64,000 nucleotides of DNA from Amoebidium appalachense (Eukaryota; Protista; Ichthyosporea): contig CAVNZM010000001.1 of NCBI GenBank assembly GCA_963693365.1, forward strand, positions 11,868,161-11,932,160, read 5' to 3'. Position 1 is the first letter of the stretch, and each line of letters opens with the position of its first letter. The notes below the pieces were generated by a model. That model did no database searches. It saw nothing but the letters and a program-made list of their open reading frames with translations, and had not been told where the DNA came from. Below are positions 1 to 13,458 of the stretch, piece after piece. A program made the position numbers and the translations under genes.

Positions 1-661
1 TGATTGGTTCCGGTACTCTATTGGCTGGATTTGCTGACCCTATTAGCGTTAGCCAATCAATCTCCATAGATGAAAATCTTTAAAGATCTTGTCGATTTCA
101 CAAGAGGGGGCCGCTTGGTAACTTGCAAAAGCCGCAAAATCTTGGGATCCAATGGGACATTGTAATGTGACTGTATTCCTATGTTGCAATCCTATCTGTT
201 ACAAAAGAAATAAATATAAGATTTTATAATTCAGTTCTACAGACTTTTTTCAATTTTTGTTTTTCTAATAGTGATTTTCTAATGTGATTTGGTACTGTGA
301 AAATAGGGCTCAATGTGCATGGGTGATAAGATCTTCTTGCCGGTAGATCGTTTCAAAAATAACCCAAGGGCAGCCACAGTCACTGACACACCGAAAAGGA
401 AAAGTAGTCTAATACTAGTAGTAGCCTAAACTAATCAGATTTTATTTGTTTCGTTCATGAATAAATGGCAGAACATAGAGTACAGCTATACACACGGCTT
501 AAAAGTTCAGAGCCGCCTGCACACTCACAGGCCTCTGCAGGGCTGCGCAAGATTTCCGGCAACGTGTACTCGGAGGAATATATACCAACCAATCAACAGA
601 ACCTAAACCGAAAACAGACGATCCAATCAGATCATTTCAAAGGCTTTCCACTGCATTACCC

Positions 662-663
<2 letters not shown>

Positions 664-752
<89 letters not shown>
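664..752. repeat. (GT)n microsatellite, representative of dozens of (CA/GT)n tracts in the window
   Basis: Uninterrupted GT run seen directly. Similar tracts at ~9020-9390, 13200-13457, 31011-31125, 33233-33348, 39612-39740 and 58213-58509. Confidence 0.98.
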
Positions 753-753
<1 letters not shown>

Positions 754-891
754 TGTCATCATGTGTGCTTGTGTGGTGGGTGGTAAAACTCCACGTTGGA
801 TCTGACTGAGTGTTTTCTTAATTGCATGCCCACAACGACAACACACACTGTGTCTTAAGTGATCGTGAGTTTGCTTTCTTGGCATACTCCC

Positions 892-922
<31 letters not shown>

Positions 923-2810
923 CTCCTCTCTACTCCCCGAGCCATGTTGTGTGTATATGGATATAGGTCTCCTTAGGTTGTTCGCATTGGTTTTCTAGTC
1001 ACTCCTTGCGGCTAGAACTTGCTTCCTATGCAACCTTGATGCATTCCTTCCCCCCCCCCCCCCCCCCCCCCTCATTTCTCCTCCAAACACACCCGGATTC
1101 AACTTCTCGCAAATCTTGCTGTGCAAGGGAACCTGTACCCTCGTGGCCAATGTTATCCGCATCTCCCTTAATTTCACCACTCGTACGTGCACACAAACCC
1201 CAAGCCTTTTTCTCTCTCTTAATCTGCTCCCTCCGGACCGCTTGCCACCTGAAATGCCTCTTATCTCATATCTTTTTCACTTTCCCTTTCTGTATGATAA
1301 TCTTTCTTCTACAGAAATCAGGCTTTGAGTTTTGCTGAAAGTAATTTGGTTGTTGTCGGACAGCTTCTAGGAGCAACAAGAAGGATGAGCAGGTTTGGTG
1401 TTTTTCATAAGCCTTGTAGGTAGCTGCATATTTTTCCCCTCCCCCCCATCCCCCCCCACCCCTTTGCACACACGCACGCACACACACACACTCGCTCTCT
1501 CACACCCCCCTCCCCCCCCCCCCCCCCCCTCTAGCCCCCTCCCCCCCCCCTTTTCATCCATACCTCCCCTGTTTCCCCCTCTTATCTGCTTCAACACCCC
1601 CGGGGGGGAGGGGGGCACGGGGGGAGGAGGGGGTGGGTGGGTGGGTGGGTGGGTGGGAGTGGGGGTGGGGTGGGGGGGGGATTTGAGGTGGGCAAAGGAG
1701 ATGTGTACAGCAGTGAAGAAGAGAGGGCTGTGGATTCTGCCCATGTTTTCGTTTTGATTATGTGTGCCCCTTCCCCCCCCCTCCCCCCCCCCCCCCCCCC
1801 CCTTCCCCCCGACACACACACACACACTTGGGTTGATAATGGTTTTTCTACTGATACATACTGTACTGTGTGCTTTACTGTTCGCATTTCATGAACGTGG
1901 GCGTCATAATCTGTAACGCATCCTACAGCCCTCTCCCTTTGTGGGACTATTTCCTGCACTTATATTCTATTATGTATATACCCATCACTCACTGACCCGG
2001 TGCTTTTGTAATGTCGGCTTCTTTCTTCCTTCATAGATCTTTCCTGTTCTGTCCTGTTCTATTCTCACCTTCACACTTCACGAAATCCCTCCCCGTTTAC
2101 CTCCGCTATCGCTGCCTTTATTGCCGGTCTCTCTCTCTTGCTCTCCCCTTCTCTCCCACTCTCTCTCTCCCTCCCTCTCTTCCTCCCTCCCTCTCCATCT
2201 ATCTCTCGCTCTCCCTTTCTCTCTCTCTTATCTCTCTCGCTCTCTCTCCTTCTCGCTCCCTCTCTCTCCCTCACCATCCGTCCCTCCCTCCCACCCATTT
2301 TCCGTCTCTCTCGCTCTCCCTCCCCCCCCCCCCTCCCCCTCCCTCCCCCTCTACCCTCTACCTCCCTCTCTCTCGCCCTCTCTCGCTACTTCTCTGTCAC
2401 TCTCTATCCCTCTCTCCCTCTCCCCCCCTTTTTCTTTTCCCCCCCTCTCTCCCTCACCTGTGTCTCTCTTTCGTGCTCTCTCTCTCCCCCTCCCTCCCTA
2501 TCGCTCCCCCCCCCCCCCCCCCCCCCCCACACACACACACTTTTCCACCCTCCCCTCCTTTCCATTCTGAGCATTTATATTCCACATGCCCCTTTTTCCT
2601 CTTTGCCTCTAAGGTCACGGAAGGCCGTTTCCTTTTTTGCCTTTGTATTCCGTGCACTCTGGTCATCCCTCTCTTCAGCCTGAGGACGAACTTCCTCCAT
2701 TCGCCCCGATCGGCAATATTGCCGCAGGGTAGGCCCCAACCTCCACTTTATTCTCTCCCTCTCCCTCCCCCCATTTCAAACCAATTTGTCTGTTCGCGCG
2801 TGTGTGTGTG

Positions 2811-2850
<40 letters not shown>

Positions 2851-2855
2851 GCCGG

Positions 2856-2887
<32 letters not shown>

Positions 2888-3413
2888 CGGATTGCTTGTT
2901 TGTTTGTTTCTGGCTTCGCTACTCCCGAGCCGGTTTTTGTTTTGTCCATTGGTTTCTACACTTCCATGGTTCGTTCGACCATCATATATTAGTTGAGACC
3001 CATTGGTCCGAAAGCGGCGCTGTCCACCTTGACGCACAACGACTTTGCAAAGAGAGCTACTCATGCTGCCATTGCGGGTGTGTGTTTATCAACATCACCT
3101 TGCGATATAGACGTACGAGATGCTGGATTCCTAATAATTTTTCTTTTCTCTTTATATTTCTTTTAAAAAAAACGTAGAAACCCCCCCGTCCCCACCCACC
3201 CACCCACCCACGTACCCCACCCCCCTTTCCTCCCCCTTTTTTCCTCCGAGGCCACTGGGCACACTTGGTTGCAATATACCTGATTTCCCCACAAGTGTCT
3301 CCGCCTCTTTTTTTTTTGTTTTTGGTAAGTTTTATTTCTGGTTGTCTCATTTTTGTGCTTTTTCTGGTTTGTCTTCTGACGTCTCCTCCATGATTCCAAC
3401 CATAATTATGCTT

Positions 3414-3447
<34 letters not shown>

Positions 3448-3455
3448 TCTCTCTC

Positions 3456-3501
<46 letters not shown>

Positions 3502-4378
3502 ACACTCGTGACACACATCGGGCAACAAAAAGCATGGAGACAAACATACTACACCCTTCTCCCCGAGGCGCGTTTAGTCGCTTTGCCTCCCGCGCCACAG
3601 AACCCCCCTCCTCTCCCCCCCTCCCCCCCCCTCTTGGACCACTGGGCCACCATCGGCCCCCTTTTAGTGCACACACAATACTCGCTCCCTCCCGTGTGCG
3701 CAGGTGGTATGGCATACAGCTATTCTCCCCCGTTCCTCCCCCTCCCTCCCCGTCCCTTCTAGTTGCTTATGTTGTGGCATAATTATGGTTGCACATTCGA
3801 AATTACCAAACCCTCGTGCTAAAGGTCTACTGCGTAGGTGGCACAAACGAGTTGCCGTGGGTAGGGATTTTGTGAGGCATCCAGTGGTGATGATGGTAAA
3901 TCGGGTGTGTGATGTCAAGTGCGCGGTCGGGTTCCTGGCTTTAATTTGTGACTCAAAAGGTGTGACCAGCCTCCGTTGACGCACATCTGTAAGTAGTACT
4001 TACAGTGTCCTGATGTCAACATAAAACTATCAACCAGCCTAAATGCTATTATAACGGCATAACAGGTTCTTGGGGTGGGGCGTTCTGTGTGTGTACACAT
4101 GTGATGGTTTTGTGTAGGAGCGCGCGCGCGCGTGTGTGTGCACACGCGTGTGTTGGAGGCCGGGGGGGGGGGGGGGGGGGGGGGGGGGGAGGGAAGAAAG
4201 AGTGGAGGGGGGGGGGGGGGGGGGGGAGGAGGGGGGGCGCGGTTATATGTGTTCAAGATGGCCATGGGGAGGGGAGCTTGCACTGGCTTGTACGCTGGTG
4301 TGTTCATGTGTGTTTGTCTTGGTGAGGGGAAAGAGGGGTAGGTGGAGGGAGGGGGAGGGGGTGGGGGGGAGGGGGGGT

Positions 4379-4415
<37 letters not shown>

Positions 4416-6021
4416 GGGAGGGAGGGGGTTGGATTATGGCGAGAGAGAGCCGAGAGAGGCAGTGTGAGAAAGCGAGCAACAGCGCAACTCGGAGGCTCCC
4501 GGCAGAATGCCTTGAAGGAGAGATCTTACAGCTGACAAGGTATCAGGGGGGATGATGTCAAAGAACAAGATCTCGAGGGATCGGGAGGGTGAGGGCTGAA
4601 AAAAGTGGCTCTTATTAGGTTGTTTTTGCTCTTCAATAGATTCTGGATGCATAAATCAGAGGCAGTTGCACAAACACGTATATAGGATAACACGTGCAAC
4701 TGTGAGCTTAGCCGTGCCACGGGACGCTTGACGGTGGCGGCCTCGGGCTGGAATGGCCATAGCGGCTCGCGGCACGCGGTACACGATAGGTGGATCTGAC
4801 TTGCACAAACATGACATCAGGTTCCTTCCCGCCCGCAGCGTTAGCCCTATGGAAGTAGAGGGACCTTTAAAAGACCTCTACGACCTTTAACCAAATTCCG
4901 GAATTTGGCAAGGCACCAGGCCAAATTCAAATGCATAAAGACCTATATTTATGCTCACTAAAGGTGGAAAAAATAATACAAATATAGTCTATACATGTAT
5001 TAAAATTGAATGGGATACAAGAAAAAGGAAGTGTATCAGGTAGAAAAGATTAAATGACTGTCCCAGAACACACGTGCCAGGCACGTACGTGTGGGTTACG
5101 TGTCTGGGCTCTAAAATATGGACGGAATATACGATTATCGGAGTGTGCCGCGGGCAAATAGGAAAAAAAATGGGCAGAACAATCGCTTTTCCGGTACTAT
5201 CATCATTACAGATTGCAACCAACAATGGAACGCACTTTAAATGAGAAAAAACGGCAAAATCTTTAAAACAGACTCCGGAATGTGAGTAGTGAATTAGAGG
5301 CGATGTTTTTTATTAGATTAGTGCACCAATGGTTTTATGCCAAACCCAGGGGGAATGCATCACCGGGCGGCCCCTAATGTCGCGTTAAATAGAGCCAATC
5401 AAAACACAGAGAACGAATCCATATTTATCAAGTGACAGACTTCAGAGTTCCCAGCTGCAGCCATTTTTTTGTCACGAAGAGAGAAACGGAAATAAAACAA
5501 AACTCAGCTTGCTTTCACAGGTACTCTGACACTCACTGAACAATTCCTGCATCAGACATGCCCCTTGCATTCCTAACCACAATTTGCCGTTCAATGGTGC
5601 AGTAGTGCTTATGAGAAACTTTTCCAGTCACTCATTCATCATGATCAGCTCGTGAGCAGAACAAAATATATAGCGCGGAAACTACTACTGCTTACTCTGT
5701 GACCGTATTGACCCACTCCAAAAAACACAATTGAATAATTGTACATCAACGTTGCTTTCTTCCTACTAACTCCTAATCGCTACCTTCCATAAAATCCAAA
5801 ATTATCCTGATGCTTTCAATAGCACAACTGAAATCGTGCTTCCTGCTCCTTTCAAGCATGCGCTCATGATGCTATCTCTTTCTGTTGTTCCTATTTATTA
5901 TTAATAAACGCCAGCAGAGGCACTGCAGTGGGAGATAGAGGGGGGTGGGGGAGGGGGGAGAGGCGGGGGAGGGGGAGGGGGAGGTGGGAAGCGGGGACCC
6001 TACACAAACCAGCATGTACAC

Positions 6022-7106
6022 CAGGGGCGCCAGCTAAGGTTCGTCAATAATCAAACCATGCACTTATTTTGTAGTGTGCTGGTGCCGGTCGCACTAAAAA
6101 TAGTGTAAGTTGTGGGGGGTTCAGACACTAAGCTTTTAGACCCCAGCTTCATTTGGCGCCCGCGCAGCGGGCGCCCAGACCTACTTGTGCTACAACAACA
6201 ACAAAAAACTGCTGGACATTGCGAATGCACAATCAAGTCCAACCCTGTCATATGGCAATATATTCGTGAGGGTTGCTCCAAAACTGCCTCAGGATGGTTG
6301 CAACTTGGTGTCTCTTTATGCAGCTGTGGCGGCACAAGGTGACAGGCCCTGGTCGACCAGATGTGCACTCGCATGCATGTGACTGCAAGCTCACATACCG
6401 AGTGTTCGACTCACACGTGCGCCCATGCAGCTGCGCCCATGCAACAAGAGTCTCGGATGCGGCCGGTGCCGGGCTGCCAGTCCCGGATCCCGCCCGGGGC
6501 CCGGCAGTCGTTGAGCTGCTTCAACTGCAGCCAATTTCGAGCCTTACACGCGTACGACCGTTTAATTTATGATATCCGATTCGGCTGCTGATGAGGCTTT
6601 AAATATCGATTGCATACACACATCGGGGCCCTGCCATTATCATGATCGGAAGGGAACGCCCCTGCGCCGCGGCGGGTCCCGGGGGGAGGGGGGGGGGGGG
6701 GGGGGGGCGGTGGAGGGGGAGGAGGAGAAAGGGGGTGGCCATGGGGGGGGGGGGGGGGAGGGGGGGGGGGGAGAGGGGGGGGGGGGGGGCTGATCAGGGC
6801 CGGCCCGGGGCCATCATGATGCATGTCGAGATCTCATCCGAGCCGGCCCTGCGCAACATGCAGCTACAGCTCCAGCGCTGCTCCTAAAGCCTCCTATCGC
6901 GACCGATGATGGGCAACATAACATACAGAATCCATAATCATGCTGATGTGTCCCGAACTTATCAATATTATCCTGTTGAAGGGACGCCGGATCCTGCAAT
7001 GACCCGGGGCTTGGTCCATGTACATGTGGGCCACTCCATGGGTGGATCCAGGCCCGGGGCCCGGCTACTAGTCTCCGGGGCCCCGGGCCCGCCACTGGCG
7101 CCGCTG
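6022..7106. mobile_element. Putative non-autonomous hAT-like DNA transposon (degenerate)
   Basis: Left end CAGGGGCGCCAG (6022-6033) and right end CTGGCGCCGCTG (7095-7106, reverse complement CAGCGGCGCCAG) form an 11/12 terminal inverted repeat. GGGCCC/CCCGGG motifs sit subterminally. No 8-bp TSD and no transposase ORF found. Confidence 0.4.
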
Positions 7107-9075
7107 CTAGCGGCCTTAATTATCTGCTGACTTAGTACTCTACTCCTCCTACTCTACTCATATTGCAATCTGTCAGAAGTAGGAGGCATCAATATTTTCT
7201 CTCTCTCATTTTTTATTATAAATCTAGGGGAATTTGTGTCAATGTGTTGGAAACTTGGCGGCCCGAAGGCTGTCACTGAGCGGCCTCCTGCTGCTCATGA
7301 TCAGGACGTCACGTGCACAGTCGCTGTCGCGACTCGACAGAGTCGACACTGTCCAGTCACTCCAGTGTCGACAGACTCGAGCAGGCAAGGATGCGTCCCT
7401 GTCCAATCAGTGTTGATGTGCTTTACACCAATCGTATTAGAGTAAACAATCCATGCGATTGGCTTATACGTGTTAAATAATGTATGCATGATATCTAGCC
7501 AATAGATAAGGCTTACAGGGAATGTTGTGAGTAAATATATGGACTTTGTAGTAGACTTTTCTATGGCTATATTATAATGTTTTTGCTTATTGTAATCCAA
7601 ACTTTATATTCTAGATACCTTTTTTTAGAAGTTTCTCTGTTTTCCTTTGGTGCGTTCACCTGTGCAGTGTCGTTTATTTGATGCTCTGCGGCGTACCTGC
7701 CCCTTGAAGTTGGGCCAGAGGGGTCCACGGCAATAAATAGTGTGTAAACCCCTCTGGGGTTTTCCTTGCCGAGCGCCGTCGGACAAGAACTGAGTATTCC
7801 TACATATTCATACAACGCCAGACCATTGCAACAAATTTAATCGAATAGGTGGGCAGCAAAATCTATTTGCTTCAACATCCGTGAGTCCACTGCTAGCGTT
7901 TGTTTTTCTGCGGCGCAGACACGTAGTTTTCTGAGTAATATCTTACTTCGTCCATTTCCCGTCTAGAGCTTGTCTGAATTCGAAGTTGTTTGGTGCCAGG
8001 ATTGGCGGGCAACCGGCCCTTTCATGGGTTTGTTTGTACTTCGGCAGCTCAACTTCTTCTGCATGCACAGGCCGAGCCTTGTTCTCCCACGCAGAGCCCT
8101 GTGCTCGGCTTCTAGAGGCCTGCAGCTGGCCGCGCGGGAACAAACTGCTGTGTGTATTTGTTGGCTGCGGTGAAAGTGCCGAGCTCACAGTATCCGTGCC
8201 GCTGAGCCGGAAAACAACTTGTGCTATGGAGCTGGAAAATACGTCGCGCGCGGTGTGGATGTGGCCAGCGACCAAGGTAAATGCATTATAGTAATGGAAG
8301 GGGTTTTCACAGACGTGTGTGAGGGAAAAAATGTACATACCTGAAGTGTACAAGGCACCTCTTTTGATGTGTTTTGTGCTCTTTTGTTGTGTTTGTTTTG
8401 TGCTGTGTTGTGGATTGTGTTGTTTTGTGTTTTTTTTTTTGCGTTGTGTTGTGTCGTTTTTTTTTGTTTTTTTTTTTGAGGGTGTGTGTGTTGAGGCTGT
8501 GTGGTTGTGTGTTGTGTTTCTGCATTGTGATTCAGTTGTGTTGTGGTGTGTTGTGTTTGTTTGGCCGAGTTGTGTCAAGTTGTTTGGCCGGGTTGTGTAA
8601 GGTTGGATGGAATTGCCATCGTTTTTTCCCCTGCTCAGGTGCATTGAGTTTTGCAGTCCGAGGCTTGCCCACTCGCCTGATAAAAACTATAGTTCAAGCA
8701 GTGAAGAATGCGCTTCACACGACTCTCTCACCTTCTATCCTCACCCCCTGGTGTACGTATGGTGACAGAAGCAAAAACTTCACGGTGCACAATACTTGTG
8801 TCTACTAGGTGAGATGGTAATAACCTTAATACACATTGCACATGGGTAAATTTTATTTGCACCTTTATCAGCAGCCTATTCAATACAGCCACCCTCGGAC
8901 CTCTGCTGGAATGCAGTACTGTTTGCAGGCCACACAACCGTGTGCTACATACGTGACTCACTTCATGCATCTACACCACCTGCGCACACACACTTAGTGT
9001 CACGCTTCACGCACACGCATGCACACACACACACCCACACACCCACACACCCACCCACACACCCACACACCCACA

Positions 9076-9147
<72 letters not shown>

Positions 9148-9272
9148 AGAAAGTGTACACACACACACACACAACACACACGCACGCACACACGCGCACA
9201 CACACACACAAACAAACAAGAAAGCACACACACACACACACAACACACACGCACGCACGCACGCACCCGCGG

Positions 9273-9356
<84 letters not shown>

Positions 9357-9711
9357 GCACACGCACACGCACAAGCACACACACACACAAAGAGCCTTGG
9401 ACATAAGGGCTCGTGCAAGCACGTTTGCACACGGCGTACATGTAAGCAGTGACAGGCACACATACACACACAAATAAGTACACATCCGCACGCACCCACG
9501 CAAAGCCCATGCACGCTGTTCAGCACGACGGACAATGCACGCGTATACATGTTGCAGCCACCCACCTAACTTCACATAGGCACGTGCTCAATTCAATTGC
9601 TTCCTCGCTTATACACAATCAACAAAATTCCACATGCACCAACGTGCACCTACAGTCACTGACACAAAGCATATAATATTGCGCACACGTGCGCACGCGC
9701 GTGCGCGCGCG

Positions 9712-9769
<58 letters not shown>

Positions 9770-9949
9770 TATGTTTTTCTCCGTCTCTCTATCATACTTA
9801 CATATATCCTTCACCTATAAACTTACACCATTAAAAACTCATGCATGGATTTGGTGGATTGTGAAACTCTAGACGGGTAAGGAATGTGGGCAATAATCCG
9901 TCTGATTGGACGGGAGATGCCGCACGTGCACCTACATTCCATGCATTAT

Positions 9950-10071
9950 ATCAAATGCAGAATGGGGATCTTGAGCAGCCCGGCATGGCCGCCGGTGGAA
10001 ACATCATCTTTTTTTGGCCAGGAAAGGTAGCACGATATTCAAATTGCAGATTACTAACCCTCTCCCCCCCC

Positions 10072-10110
<39 letters not shown>

Positions 10111-10360
10111 ACCCCACACTCGCACGCACACACACACATACACACACAGGGCTTGTTCTCGCCTCCCCCTCAATAGCGCCCTTCCCCCTCCCCCTCTCCC
10201 CCCCCCCCCCCCCCCCAAACCCCCCTCCCATCCCCCCCTCCAACCCCTGCCTGCCCCCCTGCAGGGGCCACTCACTTGATACCCTCTCAATAAAACGATT
10301 CTCTCTATTTTCATCCCTCACTCTCTCTCTCTCTCCCCCCCCCCCCCCCCCTCCCCCTCC

Positions 10361-10391
<31 letters not shown>

Positions 10392-11201
10392 ACCGAACCC
10401 CCTCCCCCCCTCCCCCCGCGCCTGGCTTCCGTCTTTCACACAGTAAACAACTCTATTTATACCCACACCCACACACGCAGGTGACTGGTTGGCAGTCTAC
10501 GAAGCAAGTAATGGAGTTTTGGGAAAACCACTTTCTCTCCACTCCTTCATTCAGCGGCAATTCGTTTGTGGAGATACAGGCACGAGCACAGTTGACCCTT
10601 TACCAACACATTTCCTTTCTCCCTGGTGCAACCCTCGTTTCTAGTTCTCCCATAGGAGAAGAGATGGCATTGATTAGCTTGAGGTTGGAGATCATTTGCC
10701 TTTCCCCCCATCCCCTCCCTCCTCGATCCCTTCCCCTCCCCCTCTCCCCCCTCCTCCCTCCCTCCCCCCCCCACTTCCCCTCTCCCTCCCTACCCACCCC
10801 CACCACCGACGCCGCCGCCCTCCAAAATAAAAATTAAAATAAAGTAAAGTAAAATGAATTAAAAATAAATTGAATAAAACAAAAGAAGATACAAAAAAGA
10901 AACACATGGTCTGTACGGAGACACACATTGTTTTGCATATTCGTAGTGTGACTCCTCCCCCCCCCCCCCCCCCCCCTCCCCCCGTAGGAACCCAAACTAA
11001 TAAACTCAGAGGTGAAAAGGATGAAAAAGGGAATGGTTCATCCACGACACCACTAAAAGAGTGAGTCAGTGTCTTTGTGCCTCTTCTAGTCTCTTTATGT
11101 TTACGTTTCAACTTTAAGCCTTCCCCCCTCCCCCCACCCACCCACCCACCCACCCTCCCCCTCCCCCCTCCCACCCAAATACACACACACACACACACGC
11201 A

Positions 11202-11265
<64 letters not shown>

Positions 11266-11482
11266 GACACGTACTGACACCACCACCGCAATTCCCTCTT
11301 GTTCCTTATAAGGTAACCCAACACGTGCAACCCCACGCAGGAGTCCTCCAAACAGGGAAATCACGGCAGCCATACACAGTTTCCTATGTGGTTTCCCCCA
11401 ACCAAATCACAACACGAGTTATGTTCAAGGCTATTCCCAGTCCAGTTCGTGCACAAGTTGCGGAAATTTGATCGATGCCTAA
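9950..11482 (+). pseudogene. Three frameshifted exons of a galactose-binding/DUF642-like beta-sandwich domain of the kind seen in bacterial surface proteins
   Basis: Motifs in order: YQMQNGDLEQP (9950-10026); VTGWQST..MEFW..SFVEIQA..TLYQHI..PG, then after a frameshift FSHRRRDGID* (10481-10680); YTVSYVVSPNQITTRVMFKAI, then after a frameshift CGNLIDA* (11340-11482). These match a recalled consensus NGxFExP..VPGW..EIW..FxELNA..LYQ..PG..HRGRxGxD..YxVPxGQTxTRFxF..GNxLD. Confidence 0.65.
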
Positions 11483-11903
11483 GTTTGAGCCCCTCTCCCC
11501 CGCACACACACATATAACCCCCACACTCAACTCCTTGCACCCTTCCCCCCCCCCCCCCCCCCCTCCCCCCTTGCCCCCCCCCCCCCCCCTTACCCTCTCC
11601 ACCAAAACCCACAACCATCACCACCATCACAGTCTAGTTCATGTACGCTCCCCCCCCCCCCCCCCCCCCCCCCTCCCCCCCGGGGCCATCCCCATGTCTC
11701 TCCCAGTTTTTCTCTTTTTATCCATCCCCCCTCCTCTCCTTTCCACAGATGTTAACAAGTGTGCCCTGGAGGATGCATATTTGTGCCGGGGCAGTTGTGA
11801 GGTGTGTGTGGATACGGTGGGCAGTTTTGAGTGCAAGTGTGCTTCTGGCTACGTCACAAACGGCCTACAGCGTGTTGGTTAGCATCCTCTATCCCCCCTC
11901 CCT

Positions 11904-11946
<43 letters not shown>

Positions 11947-11991
11947 ATTCCCCCCCCCTTCCCCTATCCATCCCACCCCATACCCCCAAAG

Positions 11992-12028
<37 letters not shown>

Positions 12029-12063
12029 GGCCTACACGCAACCACACACGAAAGATTCATGTA

Positions 12064-12291
12064 GGGGCAACACTCCAAATCTAGATCTAGACGCCACCTA
12101 CAATTCGTGAAGCCAGTTTATTGTATTAAGACTATTTTTTATTAGTTCTATATTATTTTTGCAAGCCGTTAAAAATATTTTTTTTATAACAGGCGCGCAA
12201 AAAATATTGTAGAACTAATAATAAATAGTCTCAATACAATACAGTTGCTTCACGAATTGGATGTGGCGTCTAGATTTGGAGGGTTGCCCCC
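12064..12291. mobile_element. Foldback MITE (~228 bp, almost entirely inverted repeat) in an intron of the EGF pseudogene
   Basis: The left arm ggggcaacactccaaatctaga..cgccacctacaattcgtgaagc..attgtattaagactattt.. matches the reverse complement of the right arm over ~110 bp. TA flanks both sides (12062-12063, 12292-12293). The element is AT-rich compared with its surroundings. Confidence 0.85.
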
Positions 12292-12371
12292 TACCCCACC
12301 CACACGATTTTCACAATCCCCGAAGCTTCTCGTACTATTCCTATCCATCAACTAACCCCATCCCCCATCCT

Positions 12372-12419
<48 letters not shown>

Positions 12420-12433
12420 ACCTCCCTCTCCCT

Positions 12434-12464
<31 letters not shown>

Positions 12465-13200
12465 ACCCTGCCCCCCCTCCTGCTCACCCCAAAGGGGGCA
12501 TCACCACCATAATACACTTACTGACGACCCATGCTAATTGCAACCGGGGCCCACCATCCCTTTTTATTTTTTTTAATTTATTTTATTTACCCGTAAACTG
12601 ACCTCGCCCCCTCCTCCCCCCTCCCGCCTCCCCCTTCCCCTCCCCCCCCCCCCCCCACTTAAAAAAAAAAAAAAAAAAAAAAAAACGCACAGACCAAGAC
12701 GAATGCACTGCTAAGACACACAGGTGCAGTGGCCACGCCACGTGCACAAACACAGACGGCAACCACACGTGCAGCTGCAATGCAGGATATGAGGGTGGCG
12801 GTACAAATTGCAGAAGTTGTAGCCCCCTCCCCCTCTTTCTTCCCCACTGTTTTTTTCATTCTGCCCCCCCCCCCCTCCCCCCACTGCTTTTTTCATTCTC
12901 CCCTCCCCCCCCCCCCCCCCCCTCTCTCTCTCTCTCTCTCCCCCTCCCCCCCCCACCGCCCCATTACCCCACCCCCTCCCCCGACTCTCCCCTTTCTGCG
13001 TCCAAACACCCACAGCTTTGGAATAAACAGAGACTCGCTGTGAGGTATGGAAATAACAGGAGACCTAAAAATCCTATAACCTGGGCTCATAAACCTTTAT
13101 ATTGACCTATCGGTAATCAACCCCATGTACCCCCTTTATCTGACCCCCACTCCCTCCACTTCCCTATTCCCCCACACCCTCCCCCCCTCCCCCCTCCCCT

Positions 13201-13287
<87 letters not shown>

Positions 13288-13347
13288 CACGCACACACGT
13301 ACGTACACATACATGCACACACACGCGCCCAGACGCGCATGCACACA

Positions 13348-13458
<111 letters not shown>

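Noticed and set aside
2011-3177. 388-aa ORF, the longest in the track
   Set aside because: Mostly CT-rich low-complexity sequence with no recognisable domain.
1085-4660. Exon-like islands (1090-1182, 2679-2728, 2993-3077, 3806-3986, 4434-4596) with splice-like borders
   Set aside because: I could not join them into a phase-consistent, recognisable protein on either strand. They may be gene remnants but are unsupported.
5600-5690. cagtagt...actactg short inverted ends suggesting a tiny MITE
   Set aside because: The match is only ~7 bp, with no clear TSD and no second copy in the window.
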